Notes: generated by a model from the letters alone, not told the origin. Positions 40,160 to 53,923 are shown, counted from the stretch's first letter. The stretch: DNA of 64,000 nt from Paraphysomonas bandaiensis (GCA_965644295.1 CBFFRP010000668.1:1-64000), one strand, 5' to 3'. Program-made: numbers and translations.

Positions 40160-41271
40160 CTACGCGGCAGTTTGTCCACTCTCACTCAGTGTTTTTCCCG
40201 AAGAATCCCCAGACTCTGGGGTCCAAAGAAGTCCCCCCTCACTGATGTCGAACTCAAAAGGCTCCGATTCCCCCTCATACTTTCCACCCAGTCGGGCGGG
40301 AAGGCATGTAATATCGATTTCTGCCGAGAGTTGAGACGAGAAAGATGTACCAAGGACATTGACCTTAGCAAGGGTTCTAAGTATAAAGTTAGTCCATTCC
40401 AAGTTCAAGAGTCAAGAACCACTCACCTTGCAGCAATCCAGCCACGGATAACCCACCATACTGTGTTGAAAAGCCACGGAACATTGATCATATGACATTT
40501 GTGCATGAGCTCCGGGTAGTTGTCCGATGCCACTCCTGCAGAACTCACGATGACCGTCATGACCTAATTATATACATTCCCATACCTATTACAGCTTTGA
40601 TAATTTCTTGTCCCTGAGACCCCAGATGCTCGAACCCGACGCCATTTAGGTCTCGAATTACACATGTATGCAAAATGACACCGTATGGGTCTTCTTGAGA
40701 TATATCCTTGCCTTCAGCCTCGGCTTTTTTCAACTCCTGCAAGCGTTTTCGTTCTTTGGCTTCTGACAGCTGCTCTAGAATGAGCGATTTATACTCTAAT
40801 AAGGATCATATTAGCACACGACACAAATTAAATTAAGGGCATACCTAAAGAATATGTGACAAATACAATATACTCTTCAATCGATATTTCCTGCAAGACT
40901 GCAGCGGGGGAGAAATTGTACTGTTCCACACATATAGGCGATCCTGTTTTATCACAAATATTGGGGTCAATTACGATCTGAGGTACCATTCGCAGTATTT
41001 TTTCCCCATTCGGAAATTTAGATGGATGATTTTTACCACCATAGACTATGTCGTGTCTAATCTCATCTACATTACTCTGTTTTCGCCATTCAATATATTT
41101 CGCTATCATTTCAATGGTCTTATCAATATCATAGTTATGGCCTCTAAAGAACCTCAACAACTTTCTGTCCCCGACTACTTCCGGGTTCTGTGCAATAGAG
41201 AGCAACTGGTCGTGAAGTCGTCCACGGATTTCTTCAAGGCCTCGAGATTCCTCATCACTCCATCTCTTCAT
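40160..41271 (-). CDS. Sec14/CRAL-TRIO lipid-binding protein, multi-exon (start uncertain)
   Basis: DRKLLRFFRGHNYDIDK..WRK, DKTGSPICVE, VIRDLNGVG, DNYPELMHKCHMINVPWLF, TLAKVNVLG, CLPARLGG. Confidence 0.92.
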
Positions 41272-41478
41272 CTTCCTTCGCTTATATGGGAGCCCAAATA
41301 GGATATATGTTCAGGTTGATCCCTGAGCTTCCGACTCCGCGTATAATAAAAAATAACGTACAAGATTGTGCAAACCACACTGCAAGATGGCTGTGTTGGC
41401 TCGATCACCTCCCTCTAGACCTCTCTGTGTGCGGTTCGTATGGGTATACAGAGTACTGTACAACATGCTCTCTATATA

Positions 41479-41630
41479 CAGGGGGTGGTTGTGCATATCG
41501 ATTTCATCGATTTGTTCATCGTTTATTTCATCGAAAAATCATCGTTTTTTCATTTAAAATCACTTTTTTTCACTTTTCACTGAAAAAACGATGATTTTTC
41601 GATGAAATCGATATGCACAACCACCCCCAG
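41479..41630. mobile_element. Tc1/mariner-type MITE (152 bp)
   Basis: TIR GGGGGTGGTTGTGCATATCGATTTCATCGA at both ends, flanked by TA. Confidence 0.85.
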
Positions 41631-41842
41631 TAAAATACAATGCATACCAGCTGTATATGCTATCATGCGTATAACGCGAGAGATGTCATGAAGTGGTGTG
41701 TGTAGTGGAGTATGTAGCGGTGTACTCTGTGGTGCTTCATCACGATCAAGTATTGAAAAAAACAATGCACTGAGACACACATTTATCGGTCGGTATACTA
41801 GCAGCATCATATTCTCGTCACATAGTGTACATTCCAGCAGAT

Positions 41843-42220
41843 ATGCTCTTCAACATTGTCAGGTCATCGATTGCAGCATCGCTTGGCTTTGGAAAAAGTG
41901 CGCTTGACCAGCAGGTTGCACACTTCTCTAAATATATTTCGAAGTCTCGAGCGAAAAGGTTGCCTTTAAATACGAAGCGAGCCGGAAAGGGATATAAGAA
42001 AGGGTATGGAGCCAGAAAAGAAGGGTATTTGACGTCAAAGGCAAAGTTTGTTGCTGTTCCTTCGATGAGGACGGAGTTAGTGGTTCCGGACTTAACAAAT
42101 TTTAAGGTATGTGCTGATTAGCTTATTTATTGTGCTTACGACGCTGACTTTTTTTAGCTTCGTCCATATGTAGCGCCTGGAACAAAGAGAAATATTACGG
42201 ATATCAACCCTGCCTCTTAG
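41843..42220 (+). CDS. MRPL41: Mitochondrial ribosomal protein mL41; 2 exons
   Basis: LPLNTKRAGKGYKKGYGARKEG..VVPDLTNFK|LRPYV; intron 42107-42157. Confidence 0.9.
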
Positions 42221-42791
42221 AATGCGTGTTGTACTTATAGTGCTAGGTATTATATTTCAATGCTAATGCGATGCGCATTTCAACTAGGCCGAGACTAAGT
42301 TAATTATTAACTACTGATATTGCTAAGTGCGGTTATATGTGGAGAGATTACACTTTCTTTTACCATTTAATCTGAAATGTACCGAGTATAATGATACGTG
42401 ACCGATGGCGTCATGTAATCATGTTCGTGCCATGTGTTCATCGAGCACAGAATTATTTACGTATATATTTCTTTGCTAACAGCATGAAAATATCAACATA
42501 GGAGAGTAGCTAGCGTGCAAGAGATAACTAATGAGTATTAACAATTAGAAATTAGAACTAATTAGGAACAAGGGTACGCCGAGGAGTCTATTGAAATAAT
42601 TGCGGTACAGTTATAGTCAAAGTAATATAGTTATTGAAAACGACAATCTCTAGGAATAGTATATCTATATTTTAATATGAGGGAAAATAATCCTCACCCC
42701 AAGATTAAATTGTGTCATTTTTATAATGTTAAGCCCTGTTTAATGTTTACAGATGACATATGAAGCGTAACGAAATGGAATGGGGGTATAT

Positions 42792-42909
42792 CAGGGCCTG
42801 GTAACAGGTAACCGTTAATGCCCCATTAATGGTAGTCCAGTTCCCGACAATGAATGCAAAATGTCCCGGCGACTATAATGGCATTACCATTAACGGTTAC
42901 CAGGCCCTG
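42792..42909. mobile_element. hAT-type MITE (118 bp)
   Basis: TIR CAGGGCCTGGTAAC; perfect 8-bp TSD GGGTATAT. Confidence 0.9.
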
Positions 42910-43140
42910 GGGTATATCAGGGCCAGTCAAAAATATATTGGATTGCAATATAGTAATTGGGGGTTTATAGTATATATGAAGTAAAAGAGAAGAAATTTTG
43001 AAAGAACTTTCATTAACTTCATTGATGTCATGTGTGTGACATTTCTATGATATACAAATGTCAAGTTTATTTACATATTGGGAAGTTCGTGAAGTTGGTG
43101 AGCTGTAATTATTAGGGTTATATGTGAATCTGTATCTGTT

Positions 43141-44250
43141 ATGGTGGGACAGACTATGCAGTGCTACGTTCATAAGAGGTTCCAGTTGGATTCTACAGCT
43201 TCACCACTGAAGCTATATGTTGACCTAGAGGTCTGTGATAAGTGTTCCCCCTTGTACCACTATGTAGTTCTATTTGCCCACTTCAACAAGAAGCTTAAAT
43301 TGTTATTGCACAGTCGGCAGGTGGTACAAGACAATGCGGGCAGGAGATACTTCTTCGGTGCCATTCTACGTACCAAATGCGTATCTCCCCGATATGATGC
43401 AATCTATTGCCTCTTTCAGATAGTACTCTGACCAAGTGATTTAGAGTTGTTGGCTTATCAACGTTCAAGAAAGACTATGCCTGTCTTCCAGACGTGGCAT
43501 TTGACCACGAGGCTGTTCTAGATAGCCTGATACGATGGTTTGCTGAGAAGGACTTCTTCTGGGATAGGACCAAGGGGCCCAATAAGGATGAGACTGGAAC
43601 TCCAGTAGCTGTGGATGTTGCGATGTATGATGAATGTATCATCACTCGAAAGCGGAAGGGACTTTCTCGAGAGAAAAGGGTGAAACCTAGAAGCATAAAG
43701 AAAACCTCGACCAACGAAGTCCACAATTAAAACTCGTGCTGTGAAGCAGGTAAAAAGATGTGATACATACAAAATAATTATTGTATTTAATTTGTGTAAA
43801 ATGTGCAGATTGAGAATAAACAAGATGCGGAAGAGGACGTTGTTGTTGGGAATGTCGTCACTTCTGCTTCCAGTGAGCCCATACTGGGTGCACTACAAAT
43901 GCAACTAGAGGAATCACGGGCGATGTGTCTAGCTATGCAGGAGGAGATAAAGAGAATGAAATTTGCGGCGCCATCTCCACCGAATCCGCCTACATCTGCA
44001 CCAAATCCGCCTGCACCTCTTCCACTAGCTGAAATTCTAAATGAACCTCCAGTCGTCGCTTCTTCTCCTGTCGTCGCGACGTCAACACCCCTGCAGCAGA
44101 TTCCGTGTGTAGACAGACACAATGTGCTCGATGATGTATCTAATGAGAGCATAACAGCAAATTATGCAGGATCGAACAGCTCGTGCAATACACTCTAATG
44201 AGCAAACCCTGAGGCTTCAAATTTACGAGAATCTTCTAATGCGGAGAGGT
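43141..44250 (+). pseudogene. Fragmented coding-like region, probably TE-derived
   Basis: Several short plus-strand ORFs with protein-like composition broken by stops; lies among TE ends; no family recognised. Confidence 0.3.
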
Positions 44251-44613
44251 AGATAGTACCTACTATATTTAACTACTTCTGTAGAAATTTAACTCTTATA
44301 GAAGTTTAAGTTGATAATAATTTTTTTAACATATTGTTATTAACAATATTAAATTTGTTTTTTTAGTATCTACTATTCATCAACGAAATCTGGTAATATC
44401 ACTTTACCAGAGGTTTGGTCATCACATCGACTTATAGTGTGATCGAGTATTGTCGTATTGTCTACCGGTTTCATATAAGGCCACATTTTCCCGGCGGTTA
44501 TACGATATATGAGTTTTATATTAAACCAAAAACAGGCCAAAACACATTTTTGATGTGAAATAATGGGAACAATAAATTGGGTTGCCTTAATTGTATAGCA
44601 CGTTGATAAGTAG

Positions 44614-44770
44614 CAGAGCTGCGTATCAATTAATTGAAGCAGGTTGTAGTCAATTATAATTGCTATTATTGCTTGCTGACTCAATTTCAATTATTGCAAT
44701 TAACTATATTCGATTAGTACTAACTACATTAGCTGCCAATAGAGCTATCTCAACTGTCATTTCATTCCAG
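44614..44770. repeat. Degenerate relative of MITE 14981-15277; further pieces at 39830-39950 and 45290-45340
   Basis: CAGAGCTGCGTATCAATTAATTGA; shared GTAGTCAATTATAATTGC and ACATTAGCTGCCAA. Confidence 0.65.
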
Positions 44771-45828
44771 AGGCGACGGCTCATGCGTAAAAAACATAGG
44801 TACTACTCTTGTGAATATTATCAGTCATGACAATCTTAGCTCTACTGAACAGCCTTTCAACCCTATTGATTGTGGCATGCAAGTGCTTCATGCTGCTGTA
44901 ACGAGTTAGCTGATTAAGACGTGCTCACTACCGTTGCCTGCTACTCTTTCTCACTGTCATCATCTTCTTCATCCTCATCGAGCAAAAATTATTTTATTTT
45001 AATGTTCCTTGCTGCACACATTGGAAGCATTGCAACCTCTTCGTTATTACCATTTATATTCTCAAAAAGAAAACTCGTGCATTGACTTCAGATACCAGTC
45101 TATCGCTCATATTATCACCAATTATTTAAATGAATTATTATGTGAGTTTATCCTAATAGTGTGGATATTGTAGTCATTCATTAATCTTCGATTTTTATCG
45201 TATAAATTGGATTTTCACAATAAAAAATACCATTTCTATCAACTTTTCAGTATAAAAAGGTTGTATTTTTATATCAACTTATTGCCAACTTGAAGCAAGC
45301 TGGAGTCAATTATAATTGCAATTTCAATAGTTGACAATTAATAGATACTGGATGATTAATAGATAATAACCGCCTGTAGTTAATTATTTATCGTCAATAT
45401 ATTGCATGTAAATTATGGAACAACATCATTTTCGCTTTGTTCTCATGACTACTGTGACACTATTAGTGACTTATCAAAATCTTGTTTGATTAATGTGGAC
45501 GTGTACTAAACGTAATCGACAAATTTGACACAGTGTTATGTGTTATCACCCCTACCACGATGAAAATTTCTAAAAGTTATCATGTTATTCGGCTTCAATC
45601 TTTATTTTGTAAAAGGCTTTGAATGAACTTAGATTCGCTGATTCCTACTATATCGTCGCAAAGTTATAATCATTATTCATTATATATGGAAATAATATTG
45701 TTGCGCTAATACGCTGTACTATTCGCAAACACTGTACATAACGCACACCATTGATACCAGAATAATCTGGTAGCCGTTTGTGTATAAATATATTATAATG
45801 GCTATAATTTTTAATACTGAGCAACTCT

Positions 45829-46982
45829 TCAATACATAGTAGCATAACTCGAAGAGTGTTCGAGCATTACATTATAAAGCACTTGAAGATCTGTTAGAAC
45901 CGGTGAGTTCATATTCTGAGTACTAAGATGGACGTAATCCTTTCTACACCCCACAAACTGTGGCATAAGGTAACGAGTGTCAACTATGAGCACACGGTCT
46001 TTGCCAAGAGTATCTTGAAGCGCTTCTATGTATATATCTTGCATAGGAATAATCAATGGCCACGAGTAGAGATCATATACTCCCTCGAATCTGTCTAATG
46101 GCTTCGCATTACAGTCCTTTGTGAAATTCATTACACCAGGGGAACCGGACCGATATATGACCTTCGCATTGGGCTTGAGAACTTTCAGCAGTGCATGAGC
46201 AGATATATTCGCTTGCATTTTCATGAAGGCCATTTTGTCGAAGTCTTGTGGTGCGGGTTTACCATTGGGAAAACTCAATAGGTTATGTATGTGTGGACCA
46301 ATAGAAACCAATATATAGTCAGCAGTCACAGCAAATTTCGTCCAGTCATCACAGAGAGTAGAGCCGAACCACATTGAGCCATGACGTCCACTAATATAAT
46401 CGTGTCGCACATACCGAATATGACTCGGCCTGCCAGGGGCACAGGAACTACCACAAATAGTCTTCAGTCTCACACTTTCTAAATGACCGCCTCTTACGCA
46501 TCCTCGATGCGCCTTAGAATTACCTGTCCAGTGGGTTCTGTGCAGTTTGCATCCACCATCTTCGACGCATTTGGTGAGTTTGAGCTCACCTACAAATAAA
46601 CTCTCCAGTAAATGCTGCCACCTAATCTATATAAGCAGTAATATGTGATTACATGCACAATCTACCTTAGGACCGTGGAGTCACCTATTAGAAGTAGATT
46701 TTTACCGCAGCCCAAGGCCTTAGTACAAAAATCGACTGGGTTAAGTGGCTTTAAGGGGCAGTCCTGATTAATATACTGCCACATTTGACCATCACTCGGT
46801 AATGGAACACTACTAGAATCCCATATATTCCCTCTCTGGAAGTGACTGTAATTCTCAAGACCAAGCGGAGACTGCAAGCACTCCAGCCTACTACTCCCAC
46901 TATGCGCCGATCCTATCACACAGAGGAGAACCACAACAAACATTGGAACCATAAACATTTTAAGAGGAATGTTCCAAATCAC
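45829..46982 (-). CDS. TBL/PC-esterase (SGNH-like) family protein, secreted or type II membrane; 2 exons
   Basis: N-terminal hydrophobic segment, WQYINQDCPL, LLLIGDST, VIYRSGSPG, KDYVH (DxxH); intron 46665-46622. Confidence 0.8.
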
Positions 46983-47099
46983 AGTCTACGCGCTGCTACT
47001 GCCCAACATATAGAAACAAGCTCCCTTTGATCCTTTGGGGATCATATACGTACGTCGATATGTATATATCGCAGATGCAGACGACTGTGACACAAAGAC

Positions 47100-47779
47100 T
47101 ACCCACCTACCTACATACACACATACATACACATACATACATACATACATACATACATACATACATACATACATACATACCTACACACATACACACATAC
47201 ATACCTAGGAATTCCTACCTACCTACATGCATGCATACATACATACATACATACATACATACATACATACATACATACATACATACATACATACATACAT
47301 ACATACATACATACATACATACATACATACATACATACATACATACATACATACATACCTACATACATACATACATACATACATATATACCTACACACAT
47401 ACATACATACATACCTACACACATACATACACATACATACATACATACATACATACATACATACATACATACATACATACATACATACATACATACATAC
47501 ATACATACATACATACATACATACATACATACATACATACATACATACATACATACATACATACATACATACATACATACATACATACATACCTACCTAC
47601 CTACCTACCTACCTACACACATACATACACATACATACATACATACATACATACATACATACATACATACATACATACATACATACATACATACATACAT
47701 ACATACATACATACATACATACATACATACATACATACATACATACATACATACCTACCTACCTACCTACCTACCTACC

Positions 47780-47813
<34 letters not shown>

Positions 47814-48207
47814 CATACATACATACATACATACATACATACATACATACATACATACATACATACATACATACCTACCTACCTACCTACCTACCTACAC
47901 ACATACATACACATACATACATACATACATACATACATACATACATACATACATACATACATACATACATACATACATACATACATACATACATACATAC
48001 ATACCTACCTACCTACCTACCTACCTACCTACACACATACATACACATACATACATACATACATACATACATACATACATACATACATACATACATACAT
48101 ACATACATACATACATACATACATACATACCTACCTACCTACCTACCTACCTACCTACCTACATACATACATACATACATACATACATACATACATACAT
48201 ACATACA

Positions 48208-48238
<31 letters not shown>
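47100..48238. repeat. Compound (TACA)n/(TACC)n microsatellite, ~1.14 kb
   Basis: Direct reading. Confidence 0.99.
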
Positions 48239-48240
<2 letters not shown>

Positions 48241-48314
48241 CAATATTTCAGGGGGGTCTATTGCGGTGTTAAGTAGATTTAACAGGAATTGTACCGGCCG
48301 AAGCTGTATCAGTT

Positions 48315-49597
48315 ATGGATTCTATTAAGTCTTTGGATGCATTTCCCAAAACGATCGATGATTTTCGTGTTAAGACTGTTTCTGGGGCTTTTGGTGAGAG
48401 TGAATCGCATCATTACACTCATATACATAACAGTTGTTTGATTCAGTGTCAATAGCAAGTATAGTGCTGATGCTCATATTTTTTTTCTCTGAATTATCTT
48501 ACTTTATGTCGACGGTACGTACCACTGTGAGTACTTGCCAAAATGATATTCAGATTTAGGAGACTGTTGATCGTTTGCATGTTAATACCACCCGTTCGGA
48601 CTTGCGAGTCAGTTTCGATATTAGCTTTCACAATATTCCCTGCAAGCTCCTCTCTCTTGATGTTGTAGATGATATTGGTGGCGTTGTTAAAGACACAAAG
48701 CATGATATATTCAAACATCGTCTTACCCCTCTGGGTGAGAAAGAAGGCATACCCGAAGCACATTCGCTTGGAGATTCGCTGACATCAGAAGAGCATATCC
48801 TTCATCTCTCTAGCAGCAGTGGTGATAAAGAAGGGGGTCATCGCCCTGTTGACCTGGAGGAGTTAAAGTGTGGGAACTGCTATGGTGCAGGGCATGCAGG
48901 CGAGTGCTGCAATACTTGTGAGGATGTTAAGCGTGTATACGCGCGGGTGGGTTGGAGATTCAAGCAGCACGAGATATCTCAATGTCAGCGCGAAGCATTC
49001 GCTGAAACTCTCCGCGATGAGCATGCTGAGACAGGTGGCTGTCAAGTATATGGAACAACGGAACTTAATCGCGCCTCTGGTCACTTCCACATCGTTCCTC
49101 ACAGTAGCATCCGTAACATTAAATCTCCCGGCAATGGCGTACTAAATTTAATGGAATTGCTTGCTTTCACGTTCGACCAGTTCAATATCACTCATACAGT
49201 CAATTCCCTCAGCTTTGGTGACCATTTTCCAGGCATTCGAAGTCCACTGGATGGCCAGTACCGAAATATTGGCGACACACATGGCATGTACCAGTATTAC
49301 GTCAAGGTAGTTCCCACTCGGTACAAGTACGCCAGTGGGCGTACAGTGGAGAGTAATCAGTACAGTGTAACAGAACATGTACGGCATCTTTCTCCGGGCT
49401 CGGGAAGGGGCATGCCTGGAGTGTACTTTTACTACCAGGTCTCACCCCTGCAGGCCGTGTTCGAGGAAAAACAGCCTTCCATATTCCGATTTCTGACCAG
49501 CCTGTGTGCTATTGTAGGCGGAAGCTTCACTGTCATGGGTATCATTGATTCCATATTCAACGCGTTTTTGCACATATTTGGTAAAACTCTATTGTAA
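48315..49597 (+). CDS. ERGIC3: ER-Golgi intermediate compartment protein 3 / Erv46; 3 exons
   Basis: LDAFPKTIDDFRVKTVSGA, CGNCYGA..CCNTCEDVK, GMYQYYVKVVPT, PGVYFYY, FLTSLCAIVGG. Confidence 0.95.
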
Positions 49598-50239
49598 ATG
49601 ATAGTTCTTCGTGTTAAGTGACAGCGTGCTGTGTATGGGGTAATAATATGTTGCGTTTAGTTTTGACGGTAGTTTTGAGCTGGTACGTTTAACGACTTCC
49701 TCTTTTTTACCCATGCAATGTAGCTAGCTATTGTGCGAGATTATGTGACCAATAATACCGATTACGAGGTGATACGTGAAATTAAGCAGAAGCTGTGCGA
49801 TGCTAAAGCAGGCAAGAACAAAATATACGTTTATTCACTATAATTTATGTCAAATGGTCGGTGCTATTGTTTTACCATGACTATACTACTAGAATAGAAT
49901 AGGTCTTACTAATTCTTAATAAGGAATGGGCTGATATTATAGATACAAGATACTTCAGAACAGAGCTCAATAAATGATACATTAGAATGAGGAAACTGCC
50001 TAAGAATTCATGAACAGTTGTATAGACTCCCCTATATAAAAGCTTGGAATATATAATATGAGAATTTATGTTAATAGAGCACTTGATAAATGATTTAATC
50101 TAACAGGAAAGAAGTTTTAGAGAAGGAGGTTATTTAGGTTTGACCGGGTTCGAAGATATACAACCAATGTCCCGCTGTTGTGTATCCGAAATTGATGTTG
50201 AACTTAACTCAAATTATCTAATATAAAATTCTGATGCAT

Positions 50240-51900
50240 GAAAGTCTTACTATTAGCAATATGCGTCAAGAATCAGCACCAGATAAGTAGCTAGATGAAA
50301 CTATCTAGATAGACATTACCTGTAACTAACTAGTACAAATTCTCATATCCTACTACGTAATTCTACGAAAGCTGCTTGTGCGTCGCCGCAAGCACCAAGG
50401 TGCGACCACCTCCATTCCTGTATGTGAGGGGAAATATCTCAATGGACGTGAGTCATTGAAGTGCAGATGGGTTTGTCAGGGAGGAGTCCCTTGGGGTAGG
50501 TCTCTGCAGGGCTTCGGGGAGACACAGGATTCTGAATTAATGAGTCGAGTGTTCCTAGCCTGAGATACTTAGGGAGGATTAGGGCTCCGGCGTGTTTGGA
50601 GATGGCATGGACTGCGGGTTGGGCCTGGGGTGAAGTAGCTGTTGGAGCGGCGCTGTGTCATTTTTACATGTGCAGGGGTTGTGGGAGAGGTGTAGACGTG
50701 TGGGGTGTGCTAGATCTCCTCGTTGCACCTAGTAAATTAAGTACCAGCGGTTTCCGTCGTGTGTTTCTACGTTTCTCACGTGTTCTGTGTGTGTGTGGGG
50801 TCTATGTGACCCCTTTGGTGTGGTGACGTTGAATCATTTGTTTGGCTGCAGCGCAAAGCGACTGGAGAAGATAGACAACTTTTATTTCTAGAGTACAATG
50901 TCCTCGCAGTTTTATGGCACGCCCAACACATTTCCAGCTGAGTCTCGATGATGGTCCCCGTCCAGAATCGCTCAACCTGCGGTATTGAGGTATTCCAGTC
51001 TGTTCTGGAGAGTCTCTTGAGAATGGCGGTACTCCAAGTTGGTAGGGTCGGGCCTCGTTGTAGTTCCCGGAGTGTATCTGTAAGGCAATAAAGAGATGGA
51101 GTCGTATCTGTGAGATGGAGTCGTGTGGACAATGAAGACACATATAAGTGTGACAGAGTCAAAAGTCGAAAACCACAGTCAGAGCAGGTGGCTTTGTTCA
51201 GGTCTAGGCCATATTAGATTTAGCCTAGATTCTACCAATGCTGAAGATTTGTCCCATGCCAGGGCAACATTGAGTATGCGCTGTCGTAGTAGAGGTGTGA
51301 ACTGTCCTTAACCTTTGGTCTGCAGCACTCAGCCAGTGCAAGTTTATGCGGAAGTAAGGCACCGCTCTCTTTCCAGTAACCAGGTGTGCGATCAGTAGAG
51401 TTGGTCGCAAAGCGCAGTATAATTCTCGAGCGTCTGATCACGAAGTGGTTGAAAATCAATGATCATGGGGTGTGTGACGTACGGCCGGCGTTCAGAAAGA
51501 GCCAGTGCTATATTATTCTGGACGTGAGAATGCGTTCCATGGCTCGGACAACATCGATTTCACATAAAGTGTTATAATGACTGCCTAGCATGAGAGGCCA
51601 ACCTCTAACCAGTCACCGGCTGCAACCGTGTCTGCTATATGTAAATTTCTTTGCTTTCATATGTCCATTCAGCTTCATCAGTGGTGCGCCTCTCGGGGTG
51701 GGAGCGAGCCCAGTTAATGTTCCTCTTTGTACACGTCTTAATGCTCTCAAGGAAGACCTTTAACACGTACATCGTCCTGGCAAAGGTACACTATCCAGGA
51801 GTAGGAGGTCATACTAAAGATGTATTAATTTTTTTCGCAGTGAAGTGAGATATCTTATCGTTCGCAGGCGGTATATGGATGTACTTCGTAGGAGTATGAT
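50240..51900 (-). mobile_element. 5'-truncated, degenerate non-LTR retrotransposon with RNase H, CCHC-like finger and X-type 3' tail
   Basis: NWARSHPERRTTDEAEW..DTVAAG, finger remnant at ~51120-51180, QVERFWTGT, tail 50240-50410. Confidence 0.8.
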
Positions 51901-52092
51901 CTAAATCTCAGGGTAAATACCGTATATGGTTGTATACGGTTGTATTCAACAATCATTCGAATTGTGATGAGATTACCATTCCAGGCCAGTTAACGCCCTC
52001 ATTCACTCCATCATATCATAACTATCACTTGCGTTCTCAGTCACCGCTGTTGTAAGTGCGCTCACTCGCGTTTATTTATACGTGTACTGGTA

Positions 52093-53016
52093 ATGTCAGA
52101 CTCTCGTCAGTTAGTTAATGTGGAGTTTGATATAGTGGCTACTGAGGACTTGTTTCTGACGGGTTCATGTAAAACAATAAAACGAGTCAACAAAGGAACT
52201 GCATACCCATGCCAGATGCAGAAGACCCAATCATTCAATAGTTTATTCAGACATTATGCGAAACATAATGGTCTTTCTAAGGAAGATCTTATTTTTTATT
52301 TCGTAGATCTTCTCGGACCAGATGAGACACCGGAGAGTGTGCATCTAATGTCCCGTGATGAAGTGTGGGTTCAGCATCGCAAATCGAATTCTCCTCATCC
52401 AATTCGTAGTCACACTGAGTGCCCCCTCGGCGATTGCTTTCGTAAAGTTCTGTCAAGCAATCAGAATACTGATATCACATTTGTTGTGGGCGAAGGGAAA
52501 GAAGAAATCCTGGCACATAAGATTATCCTAGCTGCCCGCAGTGATTACTTCGCCGCTATGCTTTGTGATGGACGTATGCAGGAGAGTATTACCGGGGTTG
52601 TTAATTTACGCAATCATAATGCCGACACGTTCAAGTTAATGTTAGAGTTCATCTACACAGCACATATAAGAATTGCCAGCGAGCTTTCGTGTGATACCCT
52701 CTGTGATCTAATTTCCCTCGCTAATGAGTTCCTTTTGACAGACCTACTGGTATTTTGCCAGACGAACTTACAGCGCCTTGTAACTATGGATAACATATGT
52801 GACATGCTGAAATTTTGTCACAAGTTGGAAGAATGCGGACCACTGAAGGAGCACTGTTTCCAGTTTGTTGCTGACAACCTTGCGGATCTGCGAGAGAGGC
52901 AGAGCTTCAGAGACACTGCTAACGAACTTCCATCGCTTTCATTATATCTTGTTGATTATCTAGCAAACCCCGCGCAGAAGAAACGCCGGTTGCTTTCTCC
53001 GGACGATAGCACATAA
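52093..53016 (+). CDS. SUMO-like domain plus BTB/POZ (with BACK-like helices) protein, intronless
   Basis: FNSLFRHYAKHNGL..LIFYF..LGPDETPESVHLMSRDEV; TDITFVVG..AHKIILAARSDYFAAM; C-terminal KKRR. Confidence 0.9.
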   Translation: MSDSRQLVNVEFDIVATEDLFLTGSCKTIKRVNKGTAYPCQMQKTQSFNSLFRHYAKHNGLSKEDLIFYFVDLLGPDETPESVHLMSRDEVWVQHRKSNSPHPIRSHTECPLGDCFRKVLSSNQNTDITFVVGEGKEEILAHKIILAARSDYFAAMLCDGRMQESITGVVNLRNHNADTFKLMLEFIYTAHIRIASELSCDTLCDLISLANEFLLTDLLVFCQTNLQRLVTMDNICDMLKFCHKLEECGPLKEHCFQFVADNLADLRERQSFRDTANELPSLSLYLVDYLANPAQKKRRLLSPDDST

Positions 53017-53202
53017 GTTTTCGCACTTCATATCAATCGTGGGTCGATATCATTATACGTAGTAGTGCATATAATTTTTCGTAATGGTGGTAGTGGAGTG
53101 TGAATTATATTTTTCTGTGGTGCTTTGAAGTGTACTTTACATAGTTATTCTTAACGAACAATGTTGAAATTCTGTTTTCTATATTCATCTCCAACTACGC
53201 TA

Positions 53203-53523
53203 TGTTGGAATATGTATGGTTCTCTAAGATAGTACTGTAGAATACGTTAAATACAATGTGAAAAACAGTAATACGTAGTCAATAGTCAAAGGTGCTATAT
53301 AGCTATAACTGTGAAACTGAAGTATTATATCATGACGATTCAAGATACGGAAGTTGAGCAGTGGTTGACATAAACGAAATAATTTATCATGTTGTTGACA
53401 TGTGTTACATGACAACACACACAATTGTGTATACAATCATAATAAAGTAATCTATCTAGTTTTGACTAACTTAAACTTCTCTTACAACGATCTTAATCAT
53501 CTGAGAATGGTCAATTGTCAATA
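53203..53523 (+). mobile_element. Solo Copia-type LTR (321 bp)
   Basis: TGTTGGAATATG...TGTCAATA between 5-bp TSD CGCTA; ACACAATT..AATAAA..ATCTATCTAGT block resembles LTR 4109-4401. Confidence 0.8.
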
Positions 53524-53923
53524 CGCTATAGTTAGAGGCGGAAAACACTCTGACATATCGCTTGTATTTTGGTGTGAGGAGGATGAAAGCATACCACCTT
53601 TTCTGATTCATATCCTCACAAATAACATCATACCATATAAACACACTGGGTTACCAATAGCCAATAGAGCATGCTATTAAGGATGATGGATGAGCGGAGT
53701 CCAACTTCAACAAAACGATGCTTGAAATTTGCTTCTCAGATGCAATTTTTTCTCAATCTAATTCAGTGTTATGAAGAACCCCTAAACAAGGCACATGTGA
53801 GAGATCAATTTCTGTTGTAATAACAAAGTAGTGATTGTGAGTTTTAATGTTGAACCGTCGAGAAGTATGTATGTGTTATTAGATTAGGACCCTTTTCAAA
53901 TATGTCGCAAGTGGGGTTTAAAG

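Noticed and set aside
47027-48328. Long HTYI/MYVC ORFs (also at 36777-37302)
   Set aside because: Translations of stop-free (TACA)n microsatellites.
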